This document shows positions 1 to 13,140 of a DNA stretch of 64,000 nucleotides, piece by piece (within the stretch, counting starts at the first letter, position 1; each line of letters opens with the position of its first letter). The position numbers were made by a program, and so were the translations under genes. Location of the stretch: assembly GCA_964036045.1 (NCBI GenBank), contig OZ038378.1, positions 125,922,001-125,986,000 on the forward strand, read 5' to 3'. A model generated the notes under the pieces. It was not told the DNA's origin. It saw nothing but the letters and a program-made list of their open reading frames with translations, and did not search any database. Source of the DNA: Eutreptiella sp. 'Long Island Sound 2002'. Lineage: Eukaryota; Protista; Euglenida.

Positions 1-249
1 GGAGGCGGTGATGACCTTGTGGGCCGCTTGTGCGGAGCTGCATGTTGAGGCAAGGTCACGGCATCCAAGGCCAATGTGCGTTCTACAACGGTGGCTCCCT
101 ATGTTTGTGGCCATCTCATGTGCTCCACCGTGGGCGTGGAATCCTCCCACTTATTTTCTCTCTATGGGGGGATGGATAGGACCAAGTTGACGTGATTCGA
201 TTTGTTGCTAGGTTGTAGGCTAAGTTGTTTGTGGCGGGGGCCCTTGAAC

Positions 250-720
250 GCGCGTGGTGATATGTGTGGGACAAAGGATGTGGTGTGTTACATCTTGTCA
301 ACTCCATATCCGTGCGGGTAATAGATAACATGCAAGTGCCATGTGGCTCCCACCATACTCCAACGCGCCTAAATATGAAGAGAGATTGTTATAGGGCGTG
401 CGGGAATCGCAAGCACGTGCGCATTCGTAGCTCGTACCTACATGCCGTTTGCTGCAAATTCAGCGCCTCAGACTTCCATGTCCCCCATGTGTCCGTCCAA
501 ATCCCCAAAAACAAGGACTTGCAAAGGCACGCTATCAGACACTCCTACACTCACTAACCATGGTGCTGCCCGCAACGGGGGCATCGTACCCGTTCCATCT
601 GCTAGAGTGCCCTATATCACAACCACCCTATGTCCCTCAGAGCCATGGTCCCCACTTGAATGGGTTGATAGCAGAGAGGGGCGACCATGATGTCCAATGT
701 CGTTGCCGGTTGTATCTTGT
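250..720 (+). pseudogene. Possible decayed APE-type endonuclease fragment of a LINE
   Basis: Across frames: KGCGVLHLVN (like GxGVxxLV), FHVPH, PTLTNH..GGI and GDHDV (like SDH), in APE motif order. Heavily frameshifted. Confidence 0.3.
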
Positions 721-1139
721 GAGTCCTGCAGCCTATGCGTCTTCTTGTGGTCCCGGTGCCCAGTGCCCCCGCGCCCAACAAACTTGGAGTAACTTGGGCG
801 AGATGAGTTGATGCGCCTTCTGCTATGAGGCATACTCCAAATATTGCAAGAAGAAATGATGTGGAAGAAAGACAAGAGGAACAAGCCGGAGCACAGAAAG
901 GAAATGAAGAAGAACGCAAGGAAGAAGAAGGAAAAAGAGAAAGGCTCAAGAAGGGAGTACGGGAGGTGCAGCCCAAAGGGTAAAAAAGTGGAGGAAGGTG
1001 ACAAGCATGACGTCAAGTGTATCACTCACATTCCATGGTGCAATCCACCTTCTTGTAGAGAAATGACCCCATATCCCTTGACGACGGCAAGGACGGCTCC
1101 GGGTAATGGTATGGGTCAGCCGCCGGCGGGTAGTGGATG

Positions 1140-2204
1140 AAACAGTTATTTACCTATTGCGTACCATTGTATTTAAGACGGGGTCCTCCACTAAAGAGGA
1201 CGAGGTAACCAAACTCTTCAACGCCAAGAGCACACTAAATCAAATTACCATCGAGCACCTCTCCAGCCTGGCAAGGGCCGCCAAGAGAAAAAAAGAGACT
1301 TTCGCAGTGAGACGGTAGAGGAATGACGGGCGCACAGCCCTCTGGCCAAATGCGCCCAAAAAAACACAAGTCTTGGTATACCGATCAAAGTAGCCTTCAT
1401 ATTTTCGAGAAAATTTTTTTGCATGCGGAGGACCAACAATGGCACCTTGGGCAAGTAGCTTTTGGGGTCTCATGGGCCAATGACAAACATGCATGACGAC
1501 GGCAAATGTTGCATACGTGTGCCAAAACTATTTGACACCACGGACATTGAGCACCCTCGACATTAGCCCCCTGTGTTCGCCACAGGTCGAGCTAGTTCCT
1601 ACGTAACAAAATCCGAGGTCAGATGTCACCTTGGGACAACGTGACCAGTGGCGGTCACCATCACCGCTGCCAACACAAGGAGGCTTATTCAAAACTAGCC
1701 GATGCTATACAACAAGTGGGACTAACAAAACACACGGCCCACAGCTCATGCACGATAACAAATCAAGATGTTGTCATGAAGAGTTCACATTCCACTTGTG
1801 CCGCCCATTATTTCGCGAATGGTGAGGCTATCCTTTTGGTGGGTTCTAGTATCGCATGATTGAGTACAATGCCCGGTGTGACGATCACATTTAAGGATGC
1901 GCAGTTGACTCCGTTGAGCGGCTGGGCTTGGTGCATGCCGTGAACGACCTATCTTCCTCGAAGGAAAACAAAGTCAACAGGATATGCGGCACAAATGGGA
2001 GCACAAGTGCGCGTTCTCCTACAACCCGACACATGCGACGATGACGAACGCGTCTGGCTTAGCGACACACAACATAGCTTTTGGACTGCCAATGCTACTG
2101 CTGGTAGTTCTCCCAAAGGCGAGCAGACCATTGTGTCAAACTTCTACATGACCGTTGTGGGGCTTGTGAGGCTTATTTGGCTCATTCTCCACGTGTCATC
2201 ATAG
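1140..2204 (+). pseudogene. Unidentified decayed coding-like segment
   Basis: Chain of protein-like ORF pieces (1106-1318, 1623-1859, 1995-2204) broken by stops and frameshifts; no recognisable family motif. Confidence 0.25.
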
Positions 2205-2244
2205 TTAGCAAAGTTGGTGATTGCATTGTGCAAAACTAGTAAAA

Positions 2245-3401
2245 CTAGCACACCACTTCCTTTCTTGCAAAAATTGACATGACACACCGCATTGTCGCGT
2301 TGATAGGTGTCAGGTTAATAGGTAGCTTGGACAAATAGCACAAAATGTGATAACCCTTGGCATAAATGCCATGTTGTCCAAATACAAAAAAACTTTCCGT
2401 AGATCCAACTCCTACAAACAATTGGGCGACAAAGACGGGCTGCTGTTTTTTTTCCCCGGTATGGGGTCCAACGTGGGCCGACAGAGCTAGGACTCCACAT
2501 CGGGCGCTCCACTTGGCGTAGGAATCGTGGTATTTTTCCAAGTCGCATGTGTACCCATCGGCTACTTCTTTCAAGGCAACTCATTTCTATTGCTAGTAGT
2601 ATTTCTTCAGGTTTTGGTGGTGTTGCACAGTTTCCACATAAGATTCAGATCGCCCACAACAATATGGCAACAACCTATCAAAACATATATAGTGCTCTAC
2701 AATCCTTGAAAAACAAGCTACTCTGGCCACCATGGCCACACGTGGTCAATCATGTGCCTCTGATCTTGGACCAACTAACAAAAGGCCGGTGTCCCCCTTC
2801 CTCGCCTCCGCTTAGCCTATTTGGAAGTGTTCATTGGAGTAGTCCGCTTAGTCCTCAATGCTCATGTATGTCACAACCAAAATTACTTGACTATCTTCAT
2901 GGTTTTTTGTCGGCAACGTTGCATCCATCCACAAGAAATCACCCTCAATCAACAAATGGGGTAGCTGGGTTGAACCAAATTCGGCATCAACATCAATGGC
3001 AAGAAAGGATGCTGGCTGAGTTGCGCATGGGCTTGCACAAAGTGATGTGTGACGTAACTTTTTCTTGGCCAAAAACATCGGAGGGCCGGCCACGGTATTC
3101 TGAATTGGGGGTGGTGTCGGCAGTCCATACATCCACCGCACTGTTTATGCAAGCATTGCCATTCTTCAATGCCATGTGGGCGTCGCTAACTCCATCAGTG
3201 GTCGTGTCACAATGGTGCCGCAGCTCTGCTACTGGTGTTGCTGTTGAGCGCCTGTCCAATCAGCCTACGTGACGACGCCTCAGAAGTGGCGAAAGGCCTA
3301 AGCTTAGCTACCTCTGTCGGGTGTAAACATTCATCACACCCGCAAGGAGCGAAAGTATGCGAGTCCACATGACTGGTGTCCGCAAAGATTTGTACAAACA
3401 C
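2245..3401 (-). pseudogene. Unidentified decayed coding-like segment
   Basis: The frame of ORF 2245-2574 continues upstream through TAG/TGA stops (ETVQHHQNLKKYY*Q*K*VALKEVADGY) that are consistent with C>T decay; further pieces at 2993-3259 and 3207-3401. Confidence 0.3.
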
Positions 3402-3959
3402 CGGAATAAAAAAGGGCCCCCGAGATCAGTTGACCTCCTCCCTAGTGACGTAGATTAAACGTAATATGGCTAATCTTTAACATTTCATATATTATCCAGA
3501 TAACATGTTAAACTGCTAGATGTTAAGATGTTAAGCTACTTTCCGGTCATCTGTGTCCTTCTTTTTGTGTGCATACCACCATATTCGACGGTTCTTATGG
3601 GTTACGGTACTGCATAACGGGTTCCGATGGTAAGTGGATTGGTATGTAAGATGTCCCCTCCTCCCCGGGCCCACCGTTCAGCTAACTCATACAACCTTTT
3701 TCCCTTATCCCGCTCTGCTAACACTTTTCTCTCCGGGCACCCTTCTCGACAGAAAGGTGACGCTTATACGGTTGAGTGGTGCCAAGAGCTTGCATGACCT
3801 TTTGTTCGCACAACTCCTTGCTGGATGGGTGGCTTCATCGCCTTTGGCCATGGCCAAGGGGGGGGGGAGCGAGGCCACGGAGGTGGGCTACCCCACATTC
3901 ACTCGCACTAAGCGGAGGCCGTGAAGCAATATCCTTCCTTCCTCTTTCCCGCGCCTAAC

Positions 3960-4802
3960 TTACTTGGGGTCCTCATGGACTTGAACGTCCCGAAGGTTGG
4001 TTTCCGGACCGTGTCCAAGTACATGACCCTGCGGGGGGCTACATGCACAGCCGCAACGCTTCATTCGCTCGTCCGGCCCATCTCCACATAGGAGAACTTC
4101 TCCGGGAGGGCAGCTTGGGAGCGAATGGCCAACCCTGTAGGCGCGATTAAGGACGGCGTTCAGACTCGCAACAACATGCGCGCACACCGCAGCCAATCCA
4201 ACCCTCAACCGTGCCGCATTGGCCACCGCCGTCGTCCCGCCCTTCTCCAAAGAAAGGAGATAGTTCGATTGGCAATTGGCCTTGCAACGCTTGGCGCCGT
4301 ATGTGTGCGCAACCTCCGGGGCCCGGAGGTCCATAGGGGGTGGCTAGTCGGAGTTCAAGTCCCACAGGAGGTCCCGCATGGCAAGCACTGCTTGCCACTC
4401 CCCATCCTCCCGGACGTAGGCCAATAGTAAGCCAAGCTCCTCGCAAGCGAGGAACAATGTGCTGGCCTTCTCATTGTCTGGCGCGGCCGCCGCCCGCAAC
4501 TTAACCATCGTGCGGGCCCGGTAGAGGACGCGCTGCACCGCCTCGGTGGTCTCCTAGGGGTGGTCCGCGAGGCGGGCCTCAATGAAGGCCACCTGGCGGC
4601 AGACCATCGTCATGCAACAAATGAGCATGCATAGGAAGACCAAACATCGGTCCACCCCAAAGTGTAGGTCCCCAACGCATCCGTGATTCTCCAAGCTACG
4701 GTCCGTATCCTTGTTGCGGTCACGGGCGGCCGCCTCACAGACCAATGTACGAAGGGTGGCCGTGTTCGACGTTGCCTCCGCACCTTTGTCCCACACCCCC
4801 AT
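3960..4802 (-). pseudogene. Single-frame ~280-codon ORF interrupted by two TAG stops; possible Transib/RAG1-like transposase C-terminal half
   Basis: ORFs 4554-4802, 4344-4538 and 3960-4334 share one frame, separated by TAG at 4554-4556 and 4344-4346. Motifs VGDLHFGVDR, SNYLLSLE and VASLNAVLNRAY resemble RAG1/Transib segments by eye only. Confidence 0.4.
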
Positions 4803-5989
4803 ATTTTAGATAGAGCCCACCATGGGCGATATTAAAACGCCGAAACGGCGTCGCACGACGCGTTCGTCTCTCCCAATGACCAGCTGGCTACGCACCCACT
4901 TGGTTGCTCAATACAATCTCTTGCAATTGTGAATCTATGGAACAACCGAAGACAAAAAGGGGGTTAATATGTGGATTAATATCTGCAGGTCAATGTGTAC
5001 TTTTTTCAATTAACTCAGTTATTGTTAATGATAATCCAAATATTCACCCGGAGATATTAACGGAAAATTTGACAAACCACAAATGGGGCACGAAACCTAC
5101 AAGTTTTCGGCCCAAATCGTTGCTAGTACGGCCATGTCTGTGTCACCGCACACAGCTATCGGAATCACCCACAAACACGCGGGTGTTTGTTAGCCCAACG
5201 GGGAGTTGGGTCTAGCTCCCACTTGCACATGGGTACATATCTCCATGCACAAGGGATTTGAGGGGCCTTGTGCAATCTTTGGCATCGGCTAGGGAAGGCC
5301 GGGATGGGACACAATGCACTCACGATTGAAGCAGCCATGAGCAACCGGTTGTGGGTGGACCTGCAATGGACACCGGAGGCCGCAACTCAAGGGGTCCAAA
5401 GGGGGTATGCCAGGTGCTTGGGCATTGCGGCGGGAGGTTGATGCGGCATGACAAGCATGCGAGTGGTGGTCCCTCAACTTCGACCTATTGGTACGCACTA
5501 AGGGAGCCCCCCATAGTGCCCCATGCCCATTGGACAAGGCAATGGCCACCCAAAGCCCACCCCCCTCCACTCTTCTCGCTCACCTCCCTCCAGCTTTGTT
5601 GTCCCCATGCCATGGCCGCCAACATGATGGTGCTATCGGACATGTTGGCATCGATGTTGCAAGGCAATAATCAACAAATGGTGCGTTTTTTTGCACTTGG
5701 GGGAGTGGGTTAACATATGTGGTGGTTGAGTTAACATTGGTAGGTCAATATGAATGTTTGGTCCCCTTGGCATCTAATATATTAATTCACATTCTCGTTC
5801 CAAATCTTAACCCTTTGATATGAATGCAAAAAAGAATGAAAACTGCGATTTTCGCTGTGCTACAAATGGAGAGGATAGAGGAGCGGTGAGCACAACCTCT
5901 ACAAACGCTAGCTGCAGCACAGCCACAGGCGCCCCATCTCCCTCCGTTTCCCCGCCGACAGGAGTCAAGCGACGACTCCTCGGTAGGGG

Positions 5990-6180
5990 GTGGAGAGAGA
6001 AGAAGGAGAAGTCGAAAGAAAGGAAGAGGGGGAGGGGGAGGGAGAGGGGGAGGGAGAGTCAGAGGGAGAAGGTGAGGGAGAGGGAGAGGGACAGGGACAG
6101 GGCGCAGCGGGGGGGGGGGGGGAGTACATGCAGAGGGATGGGGTGAAGCAGGAGAGGGAAGTGGTGGTGGAGGAGGGGGT
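5990..6180. repeat. Purine-rich simple repeat, (GAGAGG/GGGAGA)n-like
   Basis: Seen directly; it produces the spurious Pro/Ser- and Glu/Gly-rich ORFs here. Confidence 0.85.
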
Positions 6181-6949
6181 GGCGGCGGTGTACATTTGGA
6201 GGGATGTATTCGAGTAATCCCCACACCAACCCCAACCCCCAAACCCTTCGCCGAGTGGCTGTCAAAGGCCCAGGGGCCCAACAGTGTCAATGCCACTAAG
6301 GCAGCAGCAGTGCCCTTGTCAACGTAGGTCTTGGACCAGTCTTGCTCACCAAAGCAACCAAAGTTTGTTGGAACGGGCCACGGTCATATGACTTTGGTCT
6401 AGATTTTTAGGATTTGTGTGCCGCCTCAGCAGCAAGCACGGAACAGGGAAGCATGGAGGGGGGCGGGACTCAAACGGGGAGGGGCGAGTTCCGGCGCCCA
6501 CTATTGGGCGCCGCCCTGGCACCAGTGCCGCTGCGTGTAAGTGATGGGTCCCTCCCCGCTCTTCACCTACTTGGCAACCCACCAGACGTCCGTTCCCACA
6601 CGTGCCATTATCTAGTGCTATCGAAGCAGCACAAAACCATTTGAACACTTATGTAGATTTTGACCGGCAGCCCCCCTAGGGGTGAAAATGATAAGCAAAC
6701 ACGCAAAGTACGCGGTAGGGGTGGAAATATCCCCTACGTACCCGCAAAGGTCACCCAAAAACACAAAACTGTGCATTCATCGCATTAATTTTTCACCACA
6801 AAATATTTTTTATATTTGTTTTAATCCAAGTCACGAGGCTTTCTAGCCTACCCGGCCTCCCCTTACTTTGAGACCTTGTATTGACAAAAACTCTGCAAGC
6901 CCGGCGTGAGCCGGGCTGGCACATCTAACAGGTCAAAGAGCGCCCGTTC

Positions 6950-9900
6950 TTGAGCCTCTTGCGCATGGATCCGCGGCGCCCACAAATGCAGCACATATCG
7001 CGGGCATGTTGGGCACCTCTGTCATACCCCTATCTTGCGGGACGGGTTGCCGAATGCATCAGCAACGTGCATCTTGGCATATGTACCAAAACGTCCATTA
7101 GCCACAGTAACATTTTGTACCACTCATCGCTCGTACTGGCTGCACCTCACAGGGTGTGACAGAGGCGGCCACAATGAGACACCCCTTAGGGTGTTTTCAT
7201 GCTACCCCAAAGTTACTAGGCATCTCATGTGTTGGGCCGTCCTCAATGGACGTTATAGGCTCCATGCTTGTCACAAGTGTAAACCTTTTGGCCATGCGGA
7301 GATCCGCCTCCCCTTTCTCATCGCCAAATTAGATGGGTATGCGGGTGCTGAAAAACGTGTGGCAAAAGCCATTGAAGTTGAGGGAGTTGGTGCAACTGTG
7401 CTGAAAAAAGTTGGCAAGGAGATGGACCAAAGAAGTACGGGTGGTCCCCAAAGCACGCCACAAACACTTGCTTACCACAAAATGAACCGCAGACAATACA
7501 TGTAACAGGAAAAGAGCATGCACGAGTGAAACAAAAGAGCTCCCGACATCCCACTTCCCACAATATTGTTTGTGAGCGATTTGGACGCCCATTTGGAGCC
7601 ATGGTGTCCCGAAAAAATAGTTTTAACGGTGGTTGCTGCTCCTTGTTGTTTCTGCTGTTAAAATACATACCTCTGCTTGGTATCTACAACACAGTCCCAA
7701 AGCCCCCACTAGGAATGTCCCAGCTCGGTAATCAAGACTTATAGCTACAACCGAGCTCGGTCCTAGTCTTGCTTGTTCATTGCATACGAATCGATGTGGA
7801 AGAAAACCGGCCCTCATAGGAGATCCCTACATGACACACTAGCAAATGCCCAAAAGGTTTGGGTTACTTATCCTAAAAAAAGGATCGTAAAAGGGCTCAT
7901 TTTCACCCAAAAAACGACCACGGCGAGGCATTATGGCAGCCACCTCATTGAACACTCGTTTTGCAATCGCTTGAAGCTCATTTGCCATGGGCGAAGACAT
8001 CCCCCGTCGGAGACACCTACACGACACACTGGCCATGCAGCTAAATTTTTACGGTGATCTCCGTGAAAAAAGGCTGAAAGCAGTCATTTTTGGACACTAC
8101 ATTGGCCACATAACAAGTGAGACGGCGAGAAAGTCACCAAAAGCACGTGACACATATATACTCTACAATGGGTTTTAGCTACCGGGATGCGAACTTGAGT
8201 GATAATGTCCCCCAAGAATACCTTTTAAGCGCCCGCGGCATGGTGCTGGCTAGTAAATTGGGTTTCTCACCCCTCACCCTAAGGAGGATCGTACAAGCTC
8301 CACTAGGAGACAAGGCTCGGTAATCAGGACTTACAAGTAGGACTCAAATGGGCCCTACTCTTGCTCATTGCACACAAAACCCTTGTGGAAGAAGAGCGGC
8401 CCTCATTGGAGATGCTTGTATGACAGATTGGACATATAGCTCGACGTTCAAGACAACTGTTCGAAAAAAGGCTGAAAATGGCTCCTTTGCGTCACAAACT
8501 GGAGCAATACATGGCGGCAGGGTATGAGAGAATTCTCGTTGAACACGCATTTACAACCTAGATAACCCGATCGACATGGAACAAGCATGGCCGTCGGTGA
8601 ACACGCTTGATTGACACACCGATGATCGTCCTGAACTTTTAGGACAATCATCTTGAAAAGAAGCCACAAATCGCCAATTCGGGACGCATAACATTAGCAC
8701 ACATAACAAGCTTGGTGACTTGAACTCCATTCCTACCATTGAAAATTTGGGTCCACACTCATGGGTGTGGGCCTCATGATAGCCCTATCCTTCCCCACGG
8801 CACCTTCCTGCCACCAACTTTTTGTGCGGGACGATCCCATGCTCTAGCTAGTCGGTCATCCACGGCCTCCAACCCACAACCACTTATTACCAACTTGCTG
8901 TTGTGTGTGGCACAGCTGAACAAGGTGCAGAATAGGGTTCACTTTGCATCGGGTGGCATAGGCCCCATTCTGCCTCCTCGAGTTGCTCAGTGCAACGAGC
9001 CCTTGCCTTGCCGCGCCCACAAGTCCAACACTCCACCACAATTTGACACCAAACTCGTATACGGTGAGATAACATCTCTCGAAGACAAGTGCCGCAACCG
9101 AGAGGCACCCCTTGCTTGGTAGACAACGGAAAGAAAGTAAAATACGGCGAAATGTGGGGTGTCACTATGCACAACTCCGCACTCCCTACCTTTGTACCAA
9201 CCACCTTTGATCTCCGCCGGCATTGAAAACACCTATATGGCACAAAGGTGATCGTGAGGGCGATGATCCTGGAACTAGACAACAATAGCTATATTTTTTG
9301 GATACTCAATTGGCCATAGAAAAAGCTAGATGCCTGAAAATCACACGAATGGTTTTTCAAGTGATGCGCATTTGCTGTGCGTTCCTGTTGAGCTAGTTGG
9401 ATGCTACTTTTGAGCCACAACATCCAAAAAAAAAATGATTTTGTGTGCCCACTGCTTGCTGCTGCTTCGTGTAGCAAAAATACGCCGCTTGCCTTGAACC
9501 CCCAAAGGAGTTGTAAAACCTTCCTTGCGAAAGACCCAACTCCATCACCCCTTGATAATTCTGTACAAATCCTCGACTAAAGACACTCTTGGCACTCTAA
9601 GCAATGCACATCAGCCTATCGCAGTGGGGATCAAAGGTGAAGTAGGCTTGCCACTTGGTACTTCTAGGTTAATGCATCAGGTTGCGCATCAACGCGGGGC
9701 TGCAAGTTGTGTGCGTTTGTAGACTGGGGGGGGAAGTCCGTGTGTGGGGACAAAAGTGTGTTTTGTTTTTCCAACACTACGGAATTGGGACGTTTTCTCG
9801 ACTCCTATTGTGGAAAATTACAACGTAGGGCAAGGGACGTCCAAATGTTGCCTGTTGGTGGTGCACTACAAAGTCAGGCTTTTTTTTGTCACGATAGAAA

Positions 9901-10234
9901 TGCATATCAACTAATGGAGAACCATGTCATATCAATGAAATAGGCCTACCTATTGGGTGTCCTTGGGAATGTGAAAGGGCTGTTTGCACGCGCTACCAGT
10001 CCATTTGCATGGATGGGAAGGCAAAACTCTAGGACCACTTTGTGGTGTGTTGGTAGAGATAAATTGTTACAAGGTGGACTTGCGGAAGGCAATGGAGTGT
10101 TCTTGAGAAAACTTGGACATCTTCAACAGGCTGGGCATTGGAGGCCAATTTTAGGCAAGCAGCAACAATTGAGACAACCCATCCCTAGGCCGAGCAGCAA
10201 TTTTAGTGGGCAACACGTGCAAGTTTGGACATGA
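6950..10234 (+). pseudogene. Decayed long coding region with internally repeated domains, unidentified
   Basis: Many ORF fragments on +. Repeated peptides WKKTGPHRRSLHDTL (~7795), DIPRRRHLHDTL (~7995) and WKKSGPHWRCLYDRL (~8385); AVIFGHYIGH (~8083) and AIFFGYSIGH (~9290), with matching DNA. Confidence 0.4.
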
Positions 10235-11414
10235 TAATGCATGGGATCACAGGGTATGGCCATCGCCGCCGAAGGACTTGCGTAGTCATGAGGAAAGAAT
10301 CAAATGATGAGGCATAACCACAACTTGCTGAGAATAGACTCAAAGGAGGAGCAATACGTTATGCAAAATTAGAAAATCATTGCTCCAATCCACCCCTGGC
10401 ATATCACGAACATGGAATGCAAAAAACTGCTAGGAGGGATACACCCAGTACACTCCCAAGCGGCGTGTTGTGACAACTAGTTGTCTAGGCATGTAATGCA
10501 CTGTGATTTGGTGCTACGCATGTGTTGGGCATGTGTTGGGCTACCAAGAGTACACATTTGATGAGGCTCAAATGACAATGCATGGTGCAAGCAAAAGCGA
10601 TGGTGGCAACGTGATTGCATAGGGTGCAAGCAAAAGCGCAGTGTGTGGTATGATGTTTGGTGCAGGGTGCGTCTTTACTGGCATGCTCGGCAGTTTATCA
10701 ACTCGCTAAAACAGCTGCAACTAGGGTACTCATGATGTGTGAGTCCCATGACCACAGCCATGGTCCTGCCATTTTGCCTAACACAAGGACAGAGTGGGAT
10801 GGGGGTACAATCAGATGGAAAAGGTCCTTGTAACTCAAAATTGCGCCCCTACACATGTGCTTCAGCCTAGGGTCACAGCACACCTGCAGCGAATAGTTGA
10901 TGACATGTGGTGGGACTGCGGGGATAATGCAAATTATCAGTCTGTACCTTTGGCAACGGTGAAAAGTATGGGAAAAGACCGTTGGCTGTTGAGGCCCATT
11001 ACCACCTCAGCCAATGGCCACACATCCCCCACTGTGTACCCCCATCTTTGTCAGTGATGTGTATATACTGTGAAGAATTGAGATTGTGTGCGAGTTCCTT
11101 CACATGCTGCAACGCGCTGCTGGGTTCCGGGATTGACCACGGCTTGTGAGGCCCCAGTTCCAAGTAATGGTTGTGGGCTTTTGACTGTAGGAGACAGCCA
11201 TTCTTGTCACGTACACCCAAGAACCAGGAAATACGTTCACAAATGCAGAGCCGCAGCATGCCGCCAGGGGGGACCACCAACATACAGGTGCATGGCGCTT
11301 TGGCAGCAGGATGATGGAATCTCAGAGCCTGACGTGCAAACAATAATTGTGCCGACGACGGCAGTTTTCTGCCGACCTTGTGATGGAACGACGACAGAGT
11401 TGGTGTGGGTGTAG

Positions 11415-11480
11415 ACACACACGCACGCCCACACACGCACACACACACACAGGCACACACACACAAACACACACACCACA
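11415..11480. repeat. (CA)n microsatellite
   Basis: Seen directly. Confidence 0.9.
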
Positions 11481-13140
11481 GCCCTGTTCCAGGACCTGCA
11501 CATGGGGTACGGGCAGCGATAATGACATTTCAGAGTGCGGCAGCCCTGACAGGCCCGAGGCGTGCTCGGGGGCTGCGAGCGGTTGGACAGCACATGTTCC
11601 GTAGGGAGCAGGATGTCCTCGAGTGTAATGTACCCGTGTTTAGACTTGGTTCTGTAGTCCTCCTCCAGCACCTGCGAAAGCGGCGAGAATGGCAACAGCA
11701 TTAGGGAGAGGATGTGGCGCTGGCTGAGGGCGTGTGCTATGGGCACCGTATGAGACTTGAAAGGGGGGGAAACCACGGTCGTAGGTCTGGAATACACCGC
11801 ATGATGTCCCATGGTGCTGCGTCCATTCATTGCTCAGCAATAGCCAATATTCTTCAATGCCTCATTGACCAAGTTAATGAGGGTTGCCCAAATGCCTTAC
11901 CTGCCATAGCCACTTCACTCTCACTACTGGGTCTGCCTCAGAGCCCTGTGACGCGTCGGCCAGTGACGCAAACAACTCACGATGAGTGGCACTGGCACTG
12001 CCACTTGTCATGGTACCGGAATGGACAACTATGCCCCAGCAACAGCCAGCTCATTCACAGCCGGTCCCAAAGATCTACCAGTGCCACATGTCTCGGCGGC
12101 GGCGGGGGCACCAAACAAAGGTTTGTGGTGCAAACACCTCAAAGCACTCGACCAGGTGCTGCTGGTTCATGGTGCTGTCGCTGGAATCGCCGCCAGTGCG
12201 CACCTTCCAGTTTCGCACAAAGGTCTCGCCCCTTATTGTGATGTATACAACCTGAGGGCACGTGGTACGGGAGGAGGCAACGGCACTGGAAGCACTCCAA
12301 CACTGGTGGCGAGGCTAAAGGCGGTGGTGCTATGGCATTAATAGTGGGTGGCAGTGGTTGTGCCTGTGCTCGAGCTGGTCAGGGCTGTCCTTGAGGGAAA
12401 AAAAGGCAATCTTGTCAATTTACCCTTGACTCGAGAAACTGCGCACACTGACATAGAGAAGGCACCCACCCAGGCACTACACAGCAAAATTTCAAATCAT
12501 CAACATTGCAGTCGTGTCCAGCAAGCTGAGTTGGAGGAGGACCCCCCCGCCCTCCCCTCAGACACATACGTACACCCGACAGGACCAACTGGCATACTCT
12601 TCCAGCCTTTATGGCACCACCACCCTCCCCTCGCAGCATGAAAAAAAGCATGTTTCATGAAACTTGTGGGTGGGTGTGAAGGGACTCGCTGAATTCGTTG
12701 TGGTCACAGAAACCAAAGGCCTCTGGGGCTGTTAATGCCCTTGTGCATGCCTTTGAGTTGTTTTCAGGACCATCGTGAACGGCAGTGAAAAGAGGACCTC
12801 CTGGTGACAAGGAATGCGGCTGAAAATGGAGCATTGTTGCTGTGACATCTCACTGTAATAATGGATATTGTGATAATAGTGGAGGGTCACCTTGCCACCT
12901 TGCTAAAGAAAGCTATCCACCTCCACCGCGCTGTCCAACACAAACCATGTTGTATGTCATATTGTAGGTGTATAGAGACTTTCTGTCTACGCCGACTCAA
13001 GCCCCATCTTATGCTGTCCGGTAGTGGCCATTGCTACCACATGTAGCACGTTCCCACATCATGCTCAAATTGCGAGTTTCAATTCCAAAAGATCCTATCT
13101 TTCTACACAACCAGGAGTTGAATCTCATAAGGGCCGTCAA

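Noticed and set aside
844-1140. Lysine-rich protein
   Set aside because: A purine-rich low-complexity tract with no other coding evidence.
3960-4802. Reassigned TAG codon (non-standard genetic code)
   Set aside because: Neighbouring relics are also broken by TGA, TAA and frameshifts; C>T decay explains the TAGs more simply.
5787-6296. Proline-rich / extensin-like protein
   Set aside because: Translation of a GA-rich simple repeat.
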